Below, one piece after another: positions 1 to 16,241 of a DNA stretch of 64,000 nucleotides. This DNA is from Amoebidium appalachense (Eukaryota; Protista; Ichthyosporea): positions 7,882,710 through 7,946,709 of the forward strand of contig CAVNZM010000005.1 of the NCBI GenBank assembly GCA_963693365.1. Direction: 5' to 3'. The notes under the pieces were generated by a model that worked only from the letters and a program-made list of their open reading frames with translations, made no database searches and was not told where the DNA came from. The translations under genes were made by a program, and so were the position numbers. The first letter of the stretch is position 1. Every line of letters begins with the position of its first letter.

Positions 1-421
1 ACTAGTACTAGTAAAGTCGGTGTTTCATAATGCTTGTTTTTGGGCTATCGTGCCGAGATCTCGATAGCTACGGCCCTCTCGTCGTCTGCTTTGTGGCCTG
101 TGTGTGTTCACAGCAGCACGTATACAGGTCACGGGCTAGGCACACCGCACAGGCATGGTGCGAAGCACTTGCGTCCGAAGTACCACAAAGACCCCTGAAG
201 CGGCACTGTGCCTGTGTCATGAGCAGCAATACCATTATTATTTTCGAATTCGGCTGTGTCACGTCGGGGGCACCAATAGTCTGGGCAAGCAAGCCTCCGG
301 GACCCACGGTGTTCAGCTGCAACTCAGGGGGACTGTGCCTCGAATGCTATAATGCGCTTCACAGCACACATAAATGGGAGGCATTGGTCGTTTTTTTTTT
401 CGTTTTTTTTTGTGCGCGTGC

Positions 422-493
<72 letters not shown>

Positions 494-717
494 ACCATTC
501 GTGTGTTGAGAGGGGAGGGGGTTTGAATGCGTCAAAAAGTACGAAGTACACAAGAACAAACGGATAACACGATGCAGAATGCAAGCCATACATAAAGAGT
601 ATGCATTATGAGAGGGGAGGGGGGGGAGAATAGGGGGGGAAGGGGGGGGAAGGGAGAGAGAGGGTTATGACACCTTCTGCTCAAAGGGGTGGGATGAGGG
701 GGCCAAAGGGGGGGGGG

Positions 718-894
718 GGGTTTGAATGTGGAACACGGTACGAAGTACGCATACACGAAGGACACATGCACAGGCAAACATTCAAGTATGCAACATCAGC
801 CATGCGCACAGTATGCGTCATAAGCAGAGCCCATCCTCAGGGAGGGCCCAAGTCATCAATTGCGTCTGAGTTTCGACCCCTTAGCCCGCGTATA
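718..894. mobile_element. Dispersed ~175-bp repeat, copy A (SINE/MITE-like)
   Basis: GGGTTTGAATG..GTACGAAGTACGCATA..GGGAGGGCCCAAGTCATCAATTGCGTCTGAGTTT recurs at 1152-1327 and 27626-27800; a diverged partial copy lies at ~517-605. Each copy follows a G run. Confidence 0.8.
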
Positions 895-1151
895 TACGAC
901 TCTCCAACTCAGACAGCAGCATCAACTGAACTTGGGAGGGTCAACCCGTCTTGATCAAAGACGAGCAGGGTTGCTTGTGCATGCAAGGTGAGCAAAACGG
1001 TGCAAGGTGAGCAAAACGGTGAAGATGTGTGTGCATACTAAGCACATGCACGATACAGAGCACGACACAGAGCAACCATGCCCGGTTGCATGGAAGTAAA
1101 GCGGTCTCCACACAGTGATCTGTCCTGAAGGGACACCTCTGAAAGAAGACT

Positions 1152-1327
1152 GGGGGGGTTTGAATGTGGAACACGGTACGAAGTACGCATACACGAAGGA
1201 CACATGCAAAGGCAAACATTCAAGTATGCAACATGCGCACAGCATGCTTCATAAGCAGAGCCCATCCCCCAGGGAGGGCCCAAGTCATCAATTGCGTCTG
1301 AGTTTCGACCCCTTAGCCAGCGTATAT
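1152..1327. mobile_element. Dispersed repeat, copy B
   Basis: Near-identical to 718-894 with a short internal deletion that removes the TCAGCC segment. Confidence 0.8.
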
Positions 1328-1791
1328 GGGGGGAGGGGGGGGGGGGGGAGACTGCACGTCGGGCCGTGACATGAACAACGGATCTTCGCACTGCCATTTA
1401 TTGAACAACGGATCTTCGCACTGCCATTTATTGTTCATCGTTATTCATTTTGTTTATCTTGTACCGGCCTTCGCATGATTGTTGGGTGGCCCGTAATGCG
1501 CCTTTAGACCCACCAGGCTTGACACTACAGCACACCCGACATCCCTTTCATACCTTTAACCTTGCAGGGTACTAAACACCTTCCCCAGTCAAATAAAGAG
1601 TACGTAGGTTCACTTCTACTGGCACGATTTTACATATTAGCGTCGGTCAACTACGGTTATGCTGCTACATATTATGTGTGGCTTATTACGCTATCTACAG
1701 GCTTCGTTATTGAACGAGCTTTTGAGTAGCACACTCGCGATTATCAACTATACCTTCGCACTTGTTTCCCAATCCTACACACACAGTCTAT

Positions 1792-3231
<1,440 letters not shown>

Positions 3232-3325
3232 CTATAAAAAGGGGAGGGTGAAGGAAGCGAGTTGCAGGACACACCGGGTGGGTTCCGTGTGCCAAGTGCT
3301 GTTGTTTGGCGCCAAATGACGCGAG

Positions 3326-3333
3326 TTTTTATA
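3326..3333 (-). promoter_or_regulatory. Candidate TATA box for the cathepsin gene
   Basis: TATAAAAA on the minus strand ~115 bp upstream of the ATG; motif only. Confidence 0.3.
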
Positions 3334-5228
3334 GCATCGCTGTTTTGTGGAACCTGATACGATTGGTGCTTGATTGATTGTGTCGTATGCGGTAGACAGA
3401 GGTCATGACGAAACAATTTAAAACAAATCTTATAATTTAAAAAAGTATTATACAATTAAACAGAGGTTGTGGTTAGTATCTTGCACCACAATTCAATAAT
3501 CTTTGCTTTTTGCTTTTCACCGAAAGAAAAGGCATTCTGGAATTTGCCCCATGCCCATTGCTACGGCGGCTCATATCATAAAACTTGCAAGCTGCAACTG
3601 TTTGCAGAAAGAACGACGAATGAATAGTAGCTAAAGCTTGGAAAAACAATATTTTTTGTTTGTTCTTGTGTTTTCCTGTGCGAAAATGATTTATATCTCA
3701 ACCATTATTGATCATAGTCATTCATTGCAAAGATAGATGGTGGCATCATGGTGCCTTATCTGCAATTCTGCGCTGATATGATTGGCTATGACGGCATCAC
3801 CAGCAAATAACTCGTATCATCATGAGGTCGGGCTGTATCTGAGTCAAGCAGTGAGCTGTGCAGACGAATAATAATCAAAAATACATCAAAAACTCTTTTT
3901 CTCGCCTTTACTGGCAGCCCAAGCCGTATTACTTGTACGACATATGACTATGCGATGTCTTTTTATTCGCTTCTCAAGTTACGCTTTCAACTCGAAGTAG
4001 CCTGGCTCGCACTTAGAGCGCGAAGCAACCATTTGATTGGGCTCCTGGGTCACACCTGTGCTTCCAGTCCCTCTCATTGGTTGAATAGAGGGCCTGGCTC
4101 ACTGCACTGGTAGCCTAGCCTCGAGCTCTCCTTTCTTTTTTCTTTCGAACACTCAGTAGGCTACAGGCTAAATCTGAAGCACATGCATACCCATGCAAGT
4201 GCATGTGCTCATGCCCACAGGCTGGTAGAATCCGAAACACAAACACGTGCACACAACCCTACCCACCACCCCTCGAGGCTCCCTACGTGATGTTTGGTGC
4301 TGGCATCGATGGCTTACCATGCTTCAGTCATTATATACACAAGGCCTGGGAGGTTGCCTGTTATAATAAAGGTGCAGTCTGTGGGATTTGCCCCAGCCCA
4401 CCTTCCCCCTTCCGACCGCCCTTCCCCCTCCTTTCTCTCTCTTTCTCTTTTCCCCCCTCCCTCCCTCCCCCCCCCCCCCCCCCCCCATCAATCCCCTCAA
4501 TCCCCGCCTCTTTCTGCCCCTCCCTCCGCCTAATGCAGGATGCTTCATGCTCCGCCGGCCCCAAGGCCCCTCTCCCCCTTCCCCCCTTGCCCATTAATAA
4601 AGTTGTATTCGGGCCTATGCCTTCCCCATTTTTATCCCCTCAACTGTAACCCCCATCATCTCCTAATTTGCATGAACGTACAAGAAACATTCAAAAGCCT
4701 TAGGCTTACATAGCATATGATATTATGGACATTGCTCATATAACATAACAACATAGACCCCCCTCTCCCCCCCCTCCCTCCCGTACCTTGACTTTAGGCG
4801 GAGATTACTCAGTCCGATGGTCCCCTCTCCTCCCTCCCACAGAATAGTTAAAAGATTCAGCATTGGATTAACACACCCAAGCACCACACACAGCCCCCCC
4901 CCCCCCCCCCCCCCTCCCCCCCCCCCTCCCCCCCCCCCCCCCCCCTTCCTTCGAATTCTCCAATCCTCCCCCTTCCCCTCCCTCTGCCCTCCTTCCCTCC
5001 CCCCTCCCCCCTAAATCCAACATACGCGCGCACACATACACGGGTGCACGAGCGCGCGCGCGCCGAAACACACACAAAAACACACACACATCGGGGCACG
5101 TTCGAACGAGTGTGCGTATCATGATTCTGTATCAAAGTAATACGTGGATAATACTATCCTATATCCTCCCCCCCACCCCTCGGGCCCCTTTCCCTGCCCC
5201 CCCCCCCCCCCCCCCTAGGCCTCCCCCC

Positions 5229-5269
<41 letters not shown>

Positions 5270-5354
5270 CCACACACACAGATGTCAACAGACACCCCCA
5301 CTCCGTCCTTGGGTGCGCTCACACACACACACGCACCAGCCCCAACATCCACCA

Positions 5355-5615
5355 TGATCCACCACCCACCTACCCCTCCCGCCTTCCAACTTGATCTACA
5401 GAAACAGCTCTCTGCGCATGCAGGAATTAAAGGGGGGGCCGGTAAAGAAAAAGAAAAAAATAATAAATAAAAAACCCCGAAATAAATGTTCCACCACCCG
5501 CCTACCCCTCCCGCCTTCCAACTTGATCTACAGAAACAGCTCTCTGCGCATGCAGGAATTAAAGGGGGGGCCGGTAAAGAAAAAGAAAAATAATAGTAAA
5601 TAAAAAACCCCGAAA
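5355..5615. repeat. ~125-bp tandem duplication
   Basis: CCTACCCCTCCCGCCTTCCAACTTGATCTACAGAAACAGC...GGTAAAGAAAAAG occurs twice in succession. Confidence 0.85.
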
Positions 5616-5739
5616 TATATGTTCTCACACTTTATCTTGCCGAGCCTCAAGATTCGTTTTGCCAGCAGAGTCTAGGATTTAGGAGTATTCGTGGGATATG
5701 ATGGGCCACTCTCAGAACAATTATTCTGGGGCTCATCCC

Positions 5740-5860
5740 GACTGTGTAACGTACAGTTTTCGCCCAGACTTTTCTGAAATACTACCGTCACGGACCTGTG
5801 GAACAACTTGCCAGCTAGCAGCGATGAAGCACACCTGACATGCGTTCTGTAAATAGTTGA
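5740..5860 (+). mobile_element. Possible decayed LINE ORF2 3' fragment
   Basis: Reads ...VTDLWNNLPAS..., resembling the 'LWNxLP' C-terminal motif of CR1/L2-type ORF2. A similar 'QWDNLPPA' lies at ~16975. Frames are broken. Confidence 0.3.
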
Positions 5861-6190
5861 GTTGGGGGTGTGTGTGTGTTTGGGGGGGGGGGGGGGGGGG
5901 GGGAGGAATTCGAAAATTTGTGTTGATCCCCCTTGCAGTCAACCTACGTATGTTTCCTTCTCGTGTACGAACTGAATCAAAGCTATAAGAAAAACAAGTA
6001 CGTAGCACCGTTAACCATCTAAATTTGATGGGAAAACACCCACGCACGCCTGCAATAGATTTCGCACGTCAACTTTGACCGGGATAACGTGCAACCCCTC
6101 AAATTCTCCGGGCTGGTGCCGTGGAATTCAGAAAGGGTCACCTTAGACATGCACCCGGGATCCAGGGAGATAGGGTCGGTTAGTGAGGGA

Positions 6191-6246
<56 letters not shown>

Positions 6247-6345
6247 CGCGCGCACGCGCGTGCGTGCGTGGGTCTGTGCGTGTGTGCGTCTTACACCGCC
6301 GATGTAGGTGGGATCCGGAATCTTCCATGGAGAGCCGGAAGTGTA

Positions 6346-6433
<88 letters not shown>

Positions 6434-7004
6434 AAGGTGTGTGCGTGTGTTTGTCTGTGTGCTCGTCTGTGATATCGGAGATGCACATGCAAAAATCAAG
6501 CACGGAGAACCAGATCTCAAGGTATCACTGTGTATTAATATTTGCGTCAGTACGTGCCTGGACTGTTTTGCAAACATGCGTGCACCTCTTTTGCTGAGCT
6601 GATAGCAGCAGAGCTGGTGTGCTGTCCTTGTGGTGCTGCTGGTTGCATCTGTAATCACACCTCGCATGTGTTGCAATAGATGTGCAAATCTTACGTGGGG
6701 AAAGAGATCTCGAGTTGTCACTGTGTGTGTCTGTGTGGGTGGGTAGGGTTTCAATTTTTTTTTATTTTTTTTTGTGTGTGTGTGTGTGTGTGTGTGTCCG
6801 GGGGGGGGGGGGGGGGGGGGTTACATTTTGTGTGCTTGTGGGTTTGGTACGGTGTGCGTGTGTGTGTGTGCTGGTGTGGTTGTGACGTGTGTGTGTGTGT
6901 GTACATGGTTCGTGGGGTTCTTGAGTTGCTGGTGATGACGTTAGAAGCTGTGTGGCTGGGGGTGCTGGGGCTGAGTATGGAGGCTGCGACGAGGAAAAAT
7001 GCGC

Positions 7005-7038
<34 letters not shown>

Positions 7039-7374
7039 CTCCTGCTCTCCCGTAAGGGGAAGAGAGACAGAGAGATTCCCAGAGAGTTACATATTCCAAC
7101 TTACATAGAGTTGTATTCCATCTAACATCTTCCGGATTTTTGCATGATCAGCTATCAGAAGCTTGCAGGGTAGATGAAGTACGAAAACACACGGATGGCT
7201 TTGAGCCACACCTGTCTAATAACAACACACGTGCAATAAAGGCGTAAATAATGTTACATACAGATCAGTGCTGAGTTCAAGAGGCAGTAATTACCGAATA
7301 AAAGAATAAAATTATGAATGGAAGGGATTATCGTACATATTGTGGAAGCAAACTTCCGTGTTGGCATCCCTACA

Positions 7375-7608
7375 GCTCGTATCCAATGATGTGCAGTGGC
7401 TAAAGCTTGTATCCAATTATGTGCAGTGGTTAAAGCTTGTATCCAATCATGTGCAGTGGTTAAAGCTTGTATCCAATCATGTGTATTGGTTAAAGCTTGT
7501 ATCCAATCATGTGCAGTGGCTAAAGCTTGTATCCAATCATGTGCAGTGGTTAAAGCTTGTATCCAATCATGTGCAGTGGTTAAGGCTTGTATCCACCATG
7601 CGCAGTGG

Positions 7609-7634
<26 letters not shown>
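7375..7634 (-). repeat. 30-bp tandem array (~8 copies) copying the DUF355 gene's last codons and stop
   Basis: Minus-strand unit ATGATTGGATACAAGCTTTAACCACTGCAC = MIGYKL* plus 9 nt; the first unit is the real gene end. Confidence 0.95.
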
Positions 7635-9664
<2,030 letters not shown>

Positions 9665-9728
9665 GATGGTAGGAAAGAGCTGCAAGAGTGTTACAGACTG
9701 TCAGTGCCCGGTGGTTGAATGGTCTTTG

Positions 9729-10034
9729 TGTCGAACAGGATAGCCATCCGGTATGCCCTGCGTTAGCGTAGCACTAGTGATCGGGAATATTCGAGATATT
9801 CGGGATAAACTGGTGGATAGGTTCACGATAGATCAGGATAGATCTAGAAGAGTCTAGAAGATTCTATTGGAGTGTTTTGATTGGTAGCGACTAGATCCAT
9901 AGCGGCGGGTAGACCAATCGGGAATAGTATGTAACATTCCAGTTAGCCAGACCACAAGTATATAAAGGTCCCGGCAGGCCAGTCAATGTAAGTCAGCAAA
10001 TAATAAAGTCTCACAGAGAAACCTCTAAGTTACA
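9729..10034 (+). mobile_element. Solo LTR (306 bp) with 5-bp TSD CTTTG
   Basis: TG...CA termini (TGTCGAAC...AAGTTACA). CTTTG at 9724-9728 and 10035-10039. Internal TATATAAAGG (~9959) followed by AATAAA (~10002); TCTAGAAG repeats. Confidence 0.85.
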
Positions 10035-10196
10035 CTTTGACTTGTATGATGCTTAACAAGCCTCTAAATGCGTGAGTTTTAGAATCTGTGCACTGCGTGC
10101 TGCATGCTTGCAAGCATCGTGCAGTAATGCTTGTGTGTCCGTGCGTGTCCGTGTGCGTGTGTGCATGTGTGTCTTTTTTTCCGTGTGTGTGTGTGT

Positions 10197-10282
<86 letters not shown>

Positions 10283-10599
10283 AGTATGTGTGATTGTGTG
10301 TGCCTATTGTTGCCTGTGTAAACGTGTGGTTGTACGCCTACGTTCCCGAGTTGTAAAAATTGTGCGCGTGTGAGTGTAATATGCGTGATGGTAAAGTTTG
10401 TGTGTGTTCTTATCTGTGTGTCTCTTCTTAGACTAAGGTGCCTGTGTGGATCCCTGCCAGTGCACGTCTGCGTGCGCATGTGCCTGCCTGTGCAGGTATT
10501 ATGTGTATGCCATTGAATATATATCCATTGAAGTGTCCAAATTAAAAAGGTGTCCAGTATAATTAAATAGAAGAAGTTACTATGATGCGTGGAAAACAC

Positions 10600-10860
10600 T
10601 GTGTTGGCAAAACCAGACTCCGCTAAGTAAGTGGTAATTTCTAAGGTGAGCAGGCTTGGTGGGAGCACCACTTTTTTGGTGACTGAGTTATTATGCGTGC
10701 ATAGTCGGGGCTGGTACACGTACCGTGGCACAGAGCCGTCTACTAGTGCGGGTGGCGGTTGGAACACGGAATATCCTAATATTAGCTGCTCTAAAGGCCA
10801 CGGCACTGCAGGTAACGGTAGCTGCACGTAGCATGCTACAGAACTCCAAGGTGGTTGATA
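10600..10860 (-). pseudogene. Possible decayed FNIP/LRR-like repeat fragment
   Basis: AVPWPLEQLILGYSVFQPP and VVLPPSLLTLEI resemble FNIP-repeat units; no clear start or splice structure. Confidence 0.25.
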
Positions 10861-12319
10861 ACCAAGCACCGCCTATATTTTCAATGCATGAATTTGACGC
10901 TGTTTAGCACTTCTTAAGGTGTATGTAGTGGCCCCGGTACCATGCGTGAGTCGAGATAGAAGAGAGACACTGAAGTGTAAAAAAAGGAGCTGTGGGAAAA
11001 GAAAAGAAGGTAAAAAAAAAATGTTGTTGAACTGCATTTTGGCAGGTTGTTGCGGAGTTGCCTTAAAAGGCAAATGGCTCATGCGTTCCGCTAATCAGAG
11101 AGCTTCCTCGCACTTTACCAGTGCCCAGTTTGTAGGAAGAGGGAGTCTCTGAGGGACTGACTGTGAGGCTTTTCCGTCACGATCGAAGGTGGCCTCGGCG
11201 ATTTTTTAAAACCTATGACTCTTTCAGTTTTGCCCTTGGCCTGCTTGTGAGCCAAATGCATGTGCAACAAACACGTGCTGTGGGGCAAGCTATTAGGCAG
11301 CTCGAACACTCGTTCTGCTTCAAAGTCAGTGAATTTGTAGGCACATGTACACGCCTACGTGTCCATGTGCCAAGAATTCTCCGAATTCGAACCTTGCACT
11401 GTGGAACCCGCATGCATGCGCGCAGTCATTGTTTTTTTTCTTCTTTTTGAAGTCGCCTCTCTTGCCAAAAGTTGAAAAACGTCTGGTATCACCAGAAATG
11501 ACCTATTGTCTCCTTACGACGCCCGGGCCTTCTTGCAAAATGCCTTGCTTCAACTTGCAAGCCCCCGGGCCCACGCGTGCCACGTCGATCGATCGCGAGA
11601 TCCATATGGCTCTCTCAAAACCAACGGAGGTACAGTAATAGATTACATATGCTTCATTTTTCAACACCACGCACTTTAAGAACTTTTTCTTTGCTAACGT
11701 AGCTACATATACACTGTAACAGAGTCCATCCGCCCCCCAAGTTCCCCCACCTGGCACCCGGGCCAGTGCCAAACACACCACCAGCCGCGCCTGCAACCTC
11801 TTGCACGCTGATTGGCCAAAATTTCTCGAAGGGTACTATGATTGGTAAGATCAACGTGCCTAACCTGGGGTAAAAAAAAAAAGGGGTGACTTTGCTCTAA
11901 TACCAAAGGGTTGAACAGGGCATATAACAGAGTCGCTTACAAATATAAGTAAACGAAAAAGAACAAACCCAAAATACGAAAAACAAAAACAAATAGTATG
12001 TACTTGTAGCTTTTTGGGAAATACATTATTAAGCTTAAGGGGTATACAGGGAAGGTCAACAAGCACATAGCGCCATGCATGTGAGTTGCATACATTGATT
12101 TGCCGCGCTCTCAACAGAGGCTTTGTGCTTGGTCTGCGCAGCGCAGACAGCTGCACTGCAGCATGCTGTCTGTCAGCCTGCCTGCAGCTGAGCAGTGTTT
12201 ACCTTCGTGTTCCCGCCGGGCTGCAGCACTTCACTTCGCCCGTGTGCTGGTTCTAGCACCCCCCCCCACACACACACTACCCATAGCCCGGTAGCTGCGA
12301 GACCACGGCGTGTGCAGGC

Positions 12320-13093
12320 ATGGCTGGCGCGGAGGCCAGTGGCAGCACGGGGCGGCGGCTGGCCAACGACCTTGTCGCTGGGGCCGTGGCCGGGGCAGCA
12401 GTGACCCCGCTGGTGTCGGCCGTCGACAGGGCCCTGGCCGAGAATGCGTCGGGGCGCTGCCCGCTGTGGCAGTCGTTTGGCAACTCGCTGAGGTCCATGG
12501 TGCGCCACCCCATCCAGTTTGTGCGGTCGCCGCAGTTTGCGTGGATATGGCTTGTCTATGGTAGCACATATGTGGCCGTCAACTGGGCAGAGACCGTGTC
12601 CGTGGCGCAGGAGAGGGACCCCGCCTTTGCAAAGTGGGCCGCCAGCGTGGTGGCCAACACGAGCACGTGCATCGCAAAGGACCGCGCCTTTGCACGCCTC
12701 TACGCAGACAGCTCCAAGCCGCTGCCTGCACGTGTGCCCCTAGGCTCGTACGGTGCGTGGCTGTCACGTGATCTGCTTTCCATGGCGTTCTTCTTCACGC
12801 TGCCGCCCATCGTGGGCAAGCAGATAGCCACGGTCACGGGCAGCGAGCGCAGCGGCTACTATGCGGCGCAGATAGGGCTGCCGCTGGCACTACAGACGGT
12901 GACCACGCCCATCCACCTGCTGGGCTACGACATATACAACAACCCGGGCCACGGCCTGCAGCTGCGCCTGCAGTTCATGGCCAAGGACTACTGGAAGAAC
13001 GTCAGCATCCGCATGCTCAGAATGGCCCCCCCCTGGAGCTTCGGCACCATCGGCAACAAGGAGATGAGGGCCGCACTCAACGCACGCCTGTGA
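12320..13093 (+). CDS. Intronless mitochondrial-carrier-like membrane protein (S. pombe C365.16-like family), 257 aa
   Basis: Clean GC3-rich ORF with hydrophobic segments; motifs P(L)VSAVDRA..ENASG, VYGSTY, KDRAFARL, RDLLSMAFFFTLPP, TPIHLLGYDIYN, R.AP.WSFG.IGN. Confidence 0.75.
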   Translation: MAGAEASGSTGRRLANDLVAGAVAGAAVTPLVSAVDRALAENASGRCPLWQSFGNSLRSMVRHPIQFVRSPQFAWIWLVYGSTYVAVNWAETVSVAQERDPAFAKWAASVVANTSTCIAKDRAFARLYADSSKPLPARVPLGSYGAWLSRDLLSMAFFFTLPPIVGKQIATVTGSERSGYYAAQIGLPLALQTVTTPIHLLGYDIYNNPGHGLQLRLQFMAKDYWKNVSIRMLRMAPPWSFGTIGNKEMRAALNARL

Positions 13094-14881
13094 GGGTGGG
13101 TCGGGGTGTGTGTGGGGGGGTGTTGGGTAGGTGGGAGGGAGGGTCAGCCAGCCCAGGTTTGTGTGTCTTTATTACTTAGATTAGTCTGGGCCCAGGGCTG
13201 ATCATGTTGTACATATGGTTAGGGAGGTGCTTGTGCCGGACCGGCAGGAGGCGGTTTGTCAATCGCCACCAACACAGTAAATAGTCCCGTCTCTGTTTTA
13301 CCTGCCTGCCCCCCTGTGCCCCCCCCCTCCCCCCCCCCCCTCCCCCCGCCCTGTGTGTGCACTCCGTGCCTCTTTGCTAGTTTCCATAGCCCCAAGCCCG
13401 CTGGTAACATCGAGGATAGTTGTGAGATATGCAGGGAAAGAGCGGTTGGTGGGGAATGCAACCCGTTCGAAGACATCCGGCATTTGCACACACACAAAGC
13501 ACACACATCCATGCCACTCCTCGGAGCGGAGGGCAAAAGGTGTGTGTGTGTTTGGGGGGGGGGGGGGGGGGGGTATAAACTGTTACCGGGGCAGCAGGCG
13601 CATGCTGTGTAGGACCAACCCCTCCTCCCGTTTTCCCCCTTTCTCTCTCTTTCTCCCCTCCCCCCTCCCCCCCAACACACACACACACACACATACATAC
13701 GCTCGCCCTCCCCCCCTAATCTCAGACCTGCATGGGCTCTATTAAGGGTACAGGCAGCGCATTGACAGCACCTGTCTTTGGCCTCATATGCATGCTCGTG
13801 AAGGCCTTGTGCCCCCCCACAGCCCACAGGGTACCCTTACCCTTAATGCCCCCCCCCCCCCCCCCCCCCGGGGCCCATCCAAAGCCACTACCCGACCCTT
13901 GTTTTTGGCCATTGTCCTTGCCAGGCCCTATGTGCAATGGTCTGTGTGCCCGTTACCATGACCTCCATGGGTGCCTTGGTGCTTAAATGGTGTGTCTGAG
14001 TGGCTTAGATCCCGGTTCCTTCCTTCTGGTTTTTTTTTTTGGGGGGGGGGGGAGGGGGGTTGTTTCTCTCAATCTTCTTTCTCCGTGTCCATACACACAC
14101 ACACGTTCATTACAGCATCCCACCCCCCTCGGAAGGCCGCCGGTGCTCACATCGATCGTGCTTCTGGGCCCCACTGGCCACGGTGTCAAGCAATCAAGGT
14201 GTCACAAGGGCGTCCCCGGCAAAAACAGGCAGTTGATTCCCGCCGCAGCACTAATCATTGGGGTCCCAAGCGATTGCAAATCTGACCAAGACCTAGGTGT
14301 CATCTTCGGCTCCCCAAGCACGCAGCATGGCACAGCACCCCTGGGAAGGGTGCTTGGCCGATCTCGTTGCAAACATCCGATCATCCTCTACAATACGGCG
14401 TGTAATGGTTGCGCCTTCGGCACATGTGTACACAGGTCTCCGGGGGGGGGGGGCCGGCGTCGGGCCGTGGGGGCGCCCCTGCGCGCCGTGTAGATCCGGA
14501 AACGGAATCCGATCGGGTTGCCGGCTGGCCCGAGGTTGCTAGGATGTGAGTGACGGGATATGCACCGTCAACTGCTATTGATACTTAGAGATGGAAGGGT
14601 TTGCATCTAGATTGGGTTCCTGGTGAAGTCTTCGGTGCTAAGGTTGGGCCAATAGCTTGTAGCCAATCGCTCTCAAGTTACATGCCGTGGCATGGTTAAC
14701 GTTGTGCGCCCCCTGGGTTAGTACTGTCTGTTATGGCGGGACCAGGGTCTTGAAGCCGAGCGCTAAATTTGAAAATAAAAAAATGCTATTGGGTTGTCAC
14801 GGAGAAAATCGCCAGGTAGGGGTGGTAGTGAAGGGCTTGAAGTCTCAGGCAGAGGGGCTCCTCCTACTCAACCCCCTCCCC

Positions 14882-14912
<31 letters not shown>

Positions 14913-15658
14913 ACACACACGCACCTGGGCTCACTTTCTTCACACACAGTGCAACAACACCCAGGTCCATACACCACAGATCCACTGAACCTCTCACACA
15001 CACCACATATGCACTTATATGCCCCTTCCCCCCCTCTCTCTCTTTCTCTCTCTCCCCCCCCCCCCCCCCCCCCCCCCTCGCCGCCAACCCGCCCGCCCGA
15101 GCAGCTGGGCAAACAGGCCTGGTGCAGTACATATTTGGCCATCTTGTGAAAGTTTATACTAAGGATATGGGGAGATGGTGGGGGGAGGGAAAAAGGAGAC
15201 AAGAGAGCGGGCAGCTGAGCGTGAATGACTATCAAAGCCAAGGGTGTGGCGACTTGCTAGTGTGAGTGGTAACACCGATACAAACCTCTTCCCTACCCCC
15301 CTCCCCCACCCCTGGGGCCACCCCCCCAACCCCCCAACCCACCAACCTCACCCCCTCCCCTCCCCTCCCCCGCCAAATCCACCCAGAGTCTTTTCTCCCC
15401 GGGCCCCCTTTCTTATCAAGTCCACATTCGATTTGAGCTCCCCGGACCCTCTCTCCTCTTACGAGGTGACATTCGTATTGTCCTAATCAAGCCCCATACG
15501 CTCCCTTACTACCCCCCCCCCCCCCCCCCCACTCCCCCATCTCCGCCTCCCTGCCTCCTTCTCCCCCCCCCCCCCCCCCCCTCCCCCCCCGGGCTGCCAG
15601 TATGTACTCAAACACATCCACCCACACACACTGTTCGACCAACATGCACACACACACA

Positions 15659-15714
<56 letters not shown>

Positions 15715-15779
15715 CACACACACACTCACACAGTCTTTCTCTCTCTCTCTCTCACTCACTCACTCACACACACACACAC

Positions 15780-15832
<53 letters not shown>

Positions 15833-16206
15833 CCCCCCTCCCCCCCCCCTCCCCTCACGCACACGCACACATACAAGAAAGAAAACACCACACAACCACA
15901 AATACTTCACGAACACACACACACACACGTAATACCCACACGCACGCACACGAATACACACGCACACACACACACACACGCACACACACACTGTATACGT
16001 AATACACAAACACACACACATGTACGAATACACACACACACACACACACACACAGACAGACACACACATTTCCGCAACATGAACCCTGCAACATTTCGGC
16101 TGTTGGGAGAATCGGAGATGCATATGGGACGTCACCTAGAGGCCCCTAGCTTAAGGAGCCCCAAGCAAGACTCTTGGAGAGTCCCCCGGGCCCGGGGGAG
16201 GGGAGG

Positions 16207-16241
<35 letters not shown>

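Noticed and set aside
820-880. Hammerhead ribozyme or tRNA-derived B box in the dispersed repeat (TGATGA, GTCGAAAC on the minus strand)
   Set aside because: Core order and stems do not fit a hammerhead; no A box or cloverleaf is visible.
1371-1431. 30-bp direct duplication (also 981-1021 and 25748-25830)
   Set aside because: Simple two-copy slippage with no further structure.
10915-11719. TTAA-flanked (Kolobok-like) element with GTGTATGTAG/CTACATATACAC ends
   Set aside because: The inverted match is short and gapped, and no TSD is confirmed.
11886-12062. Small degenerate inverted repeat (possible MITE)
   Set aside because: Only ~13/20 matches and no TSD.
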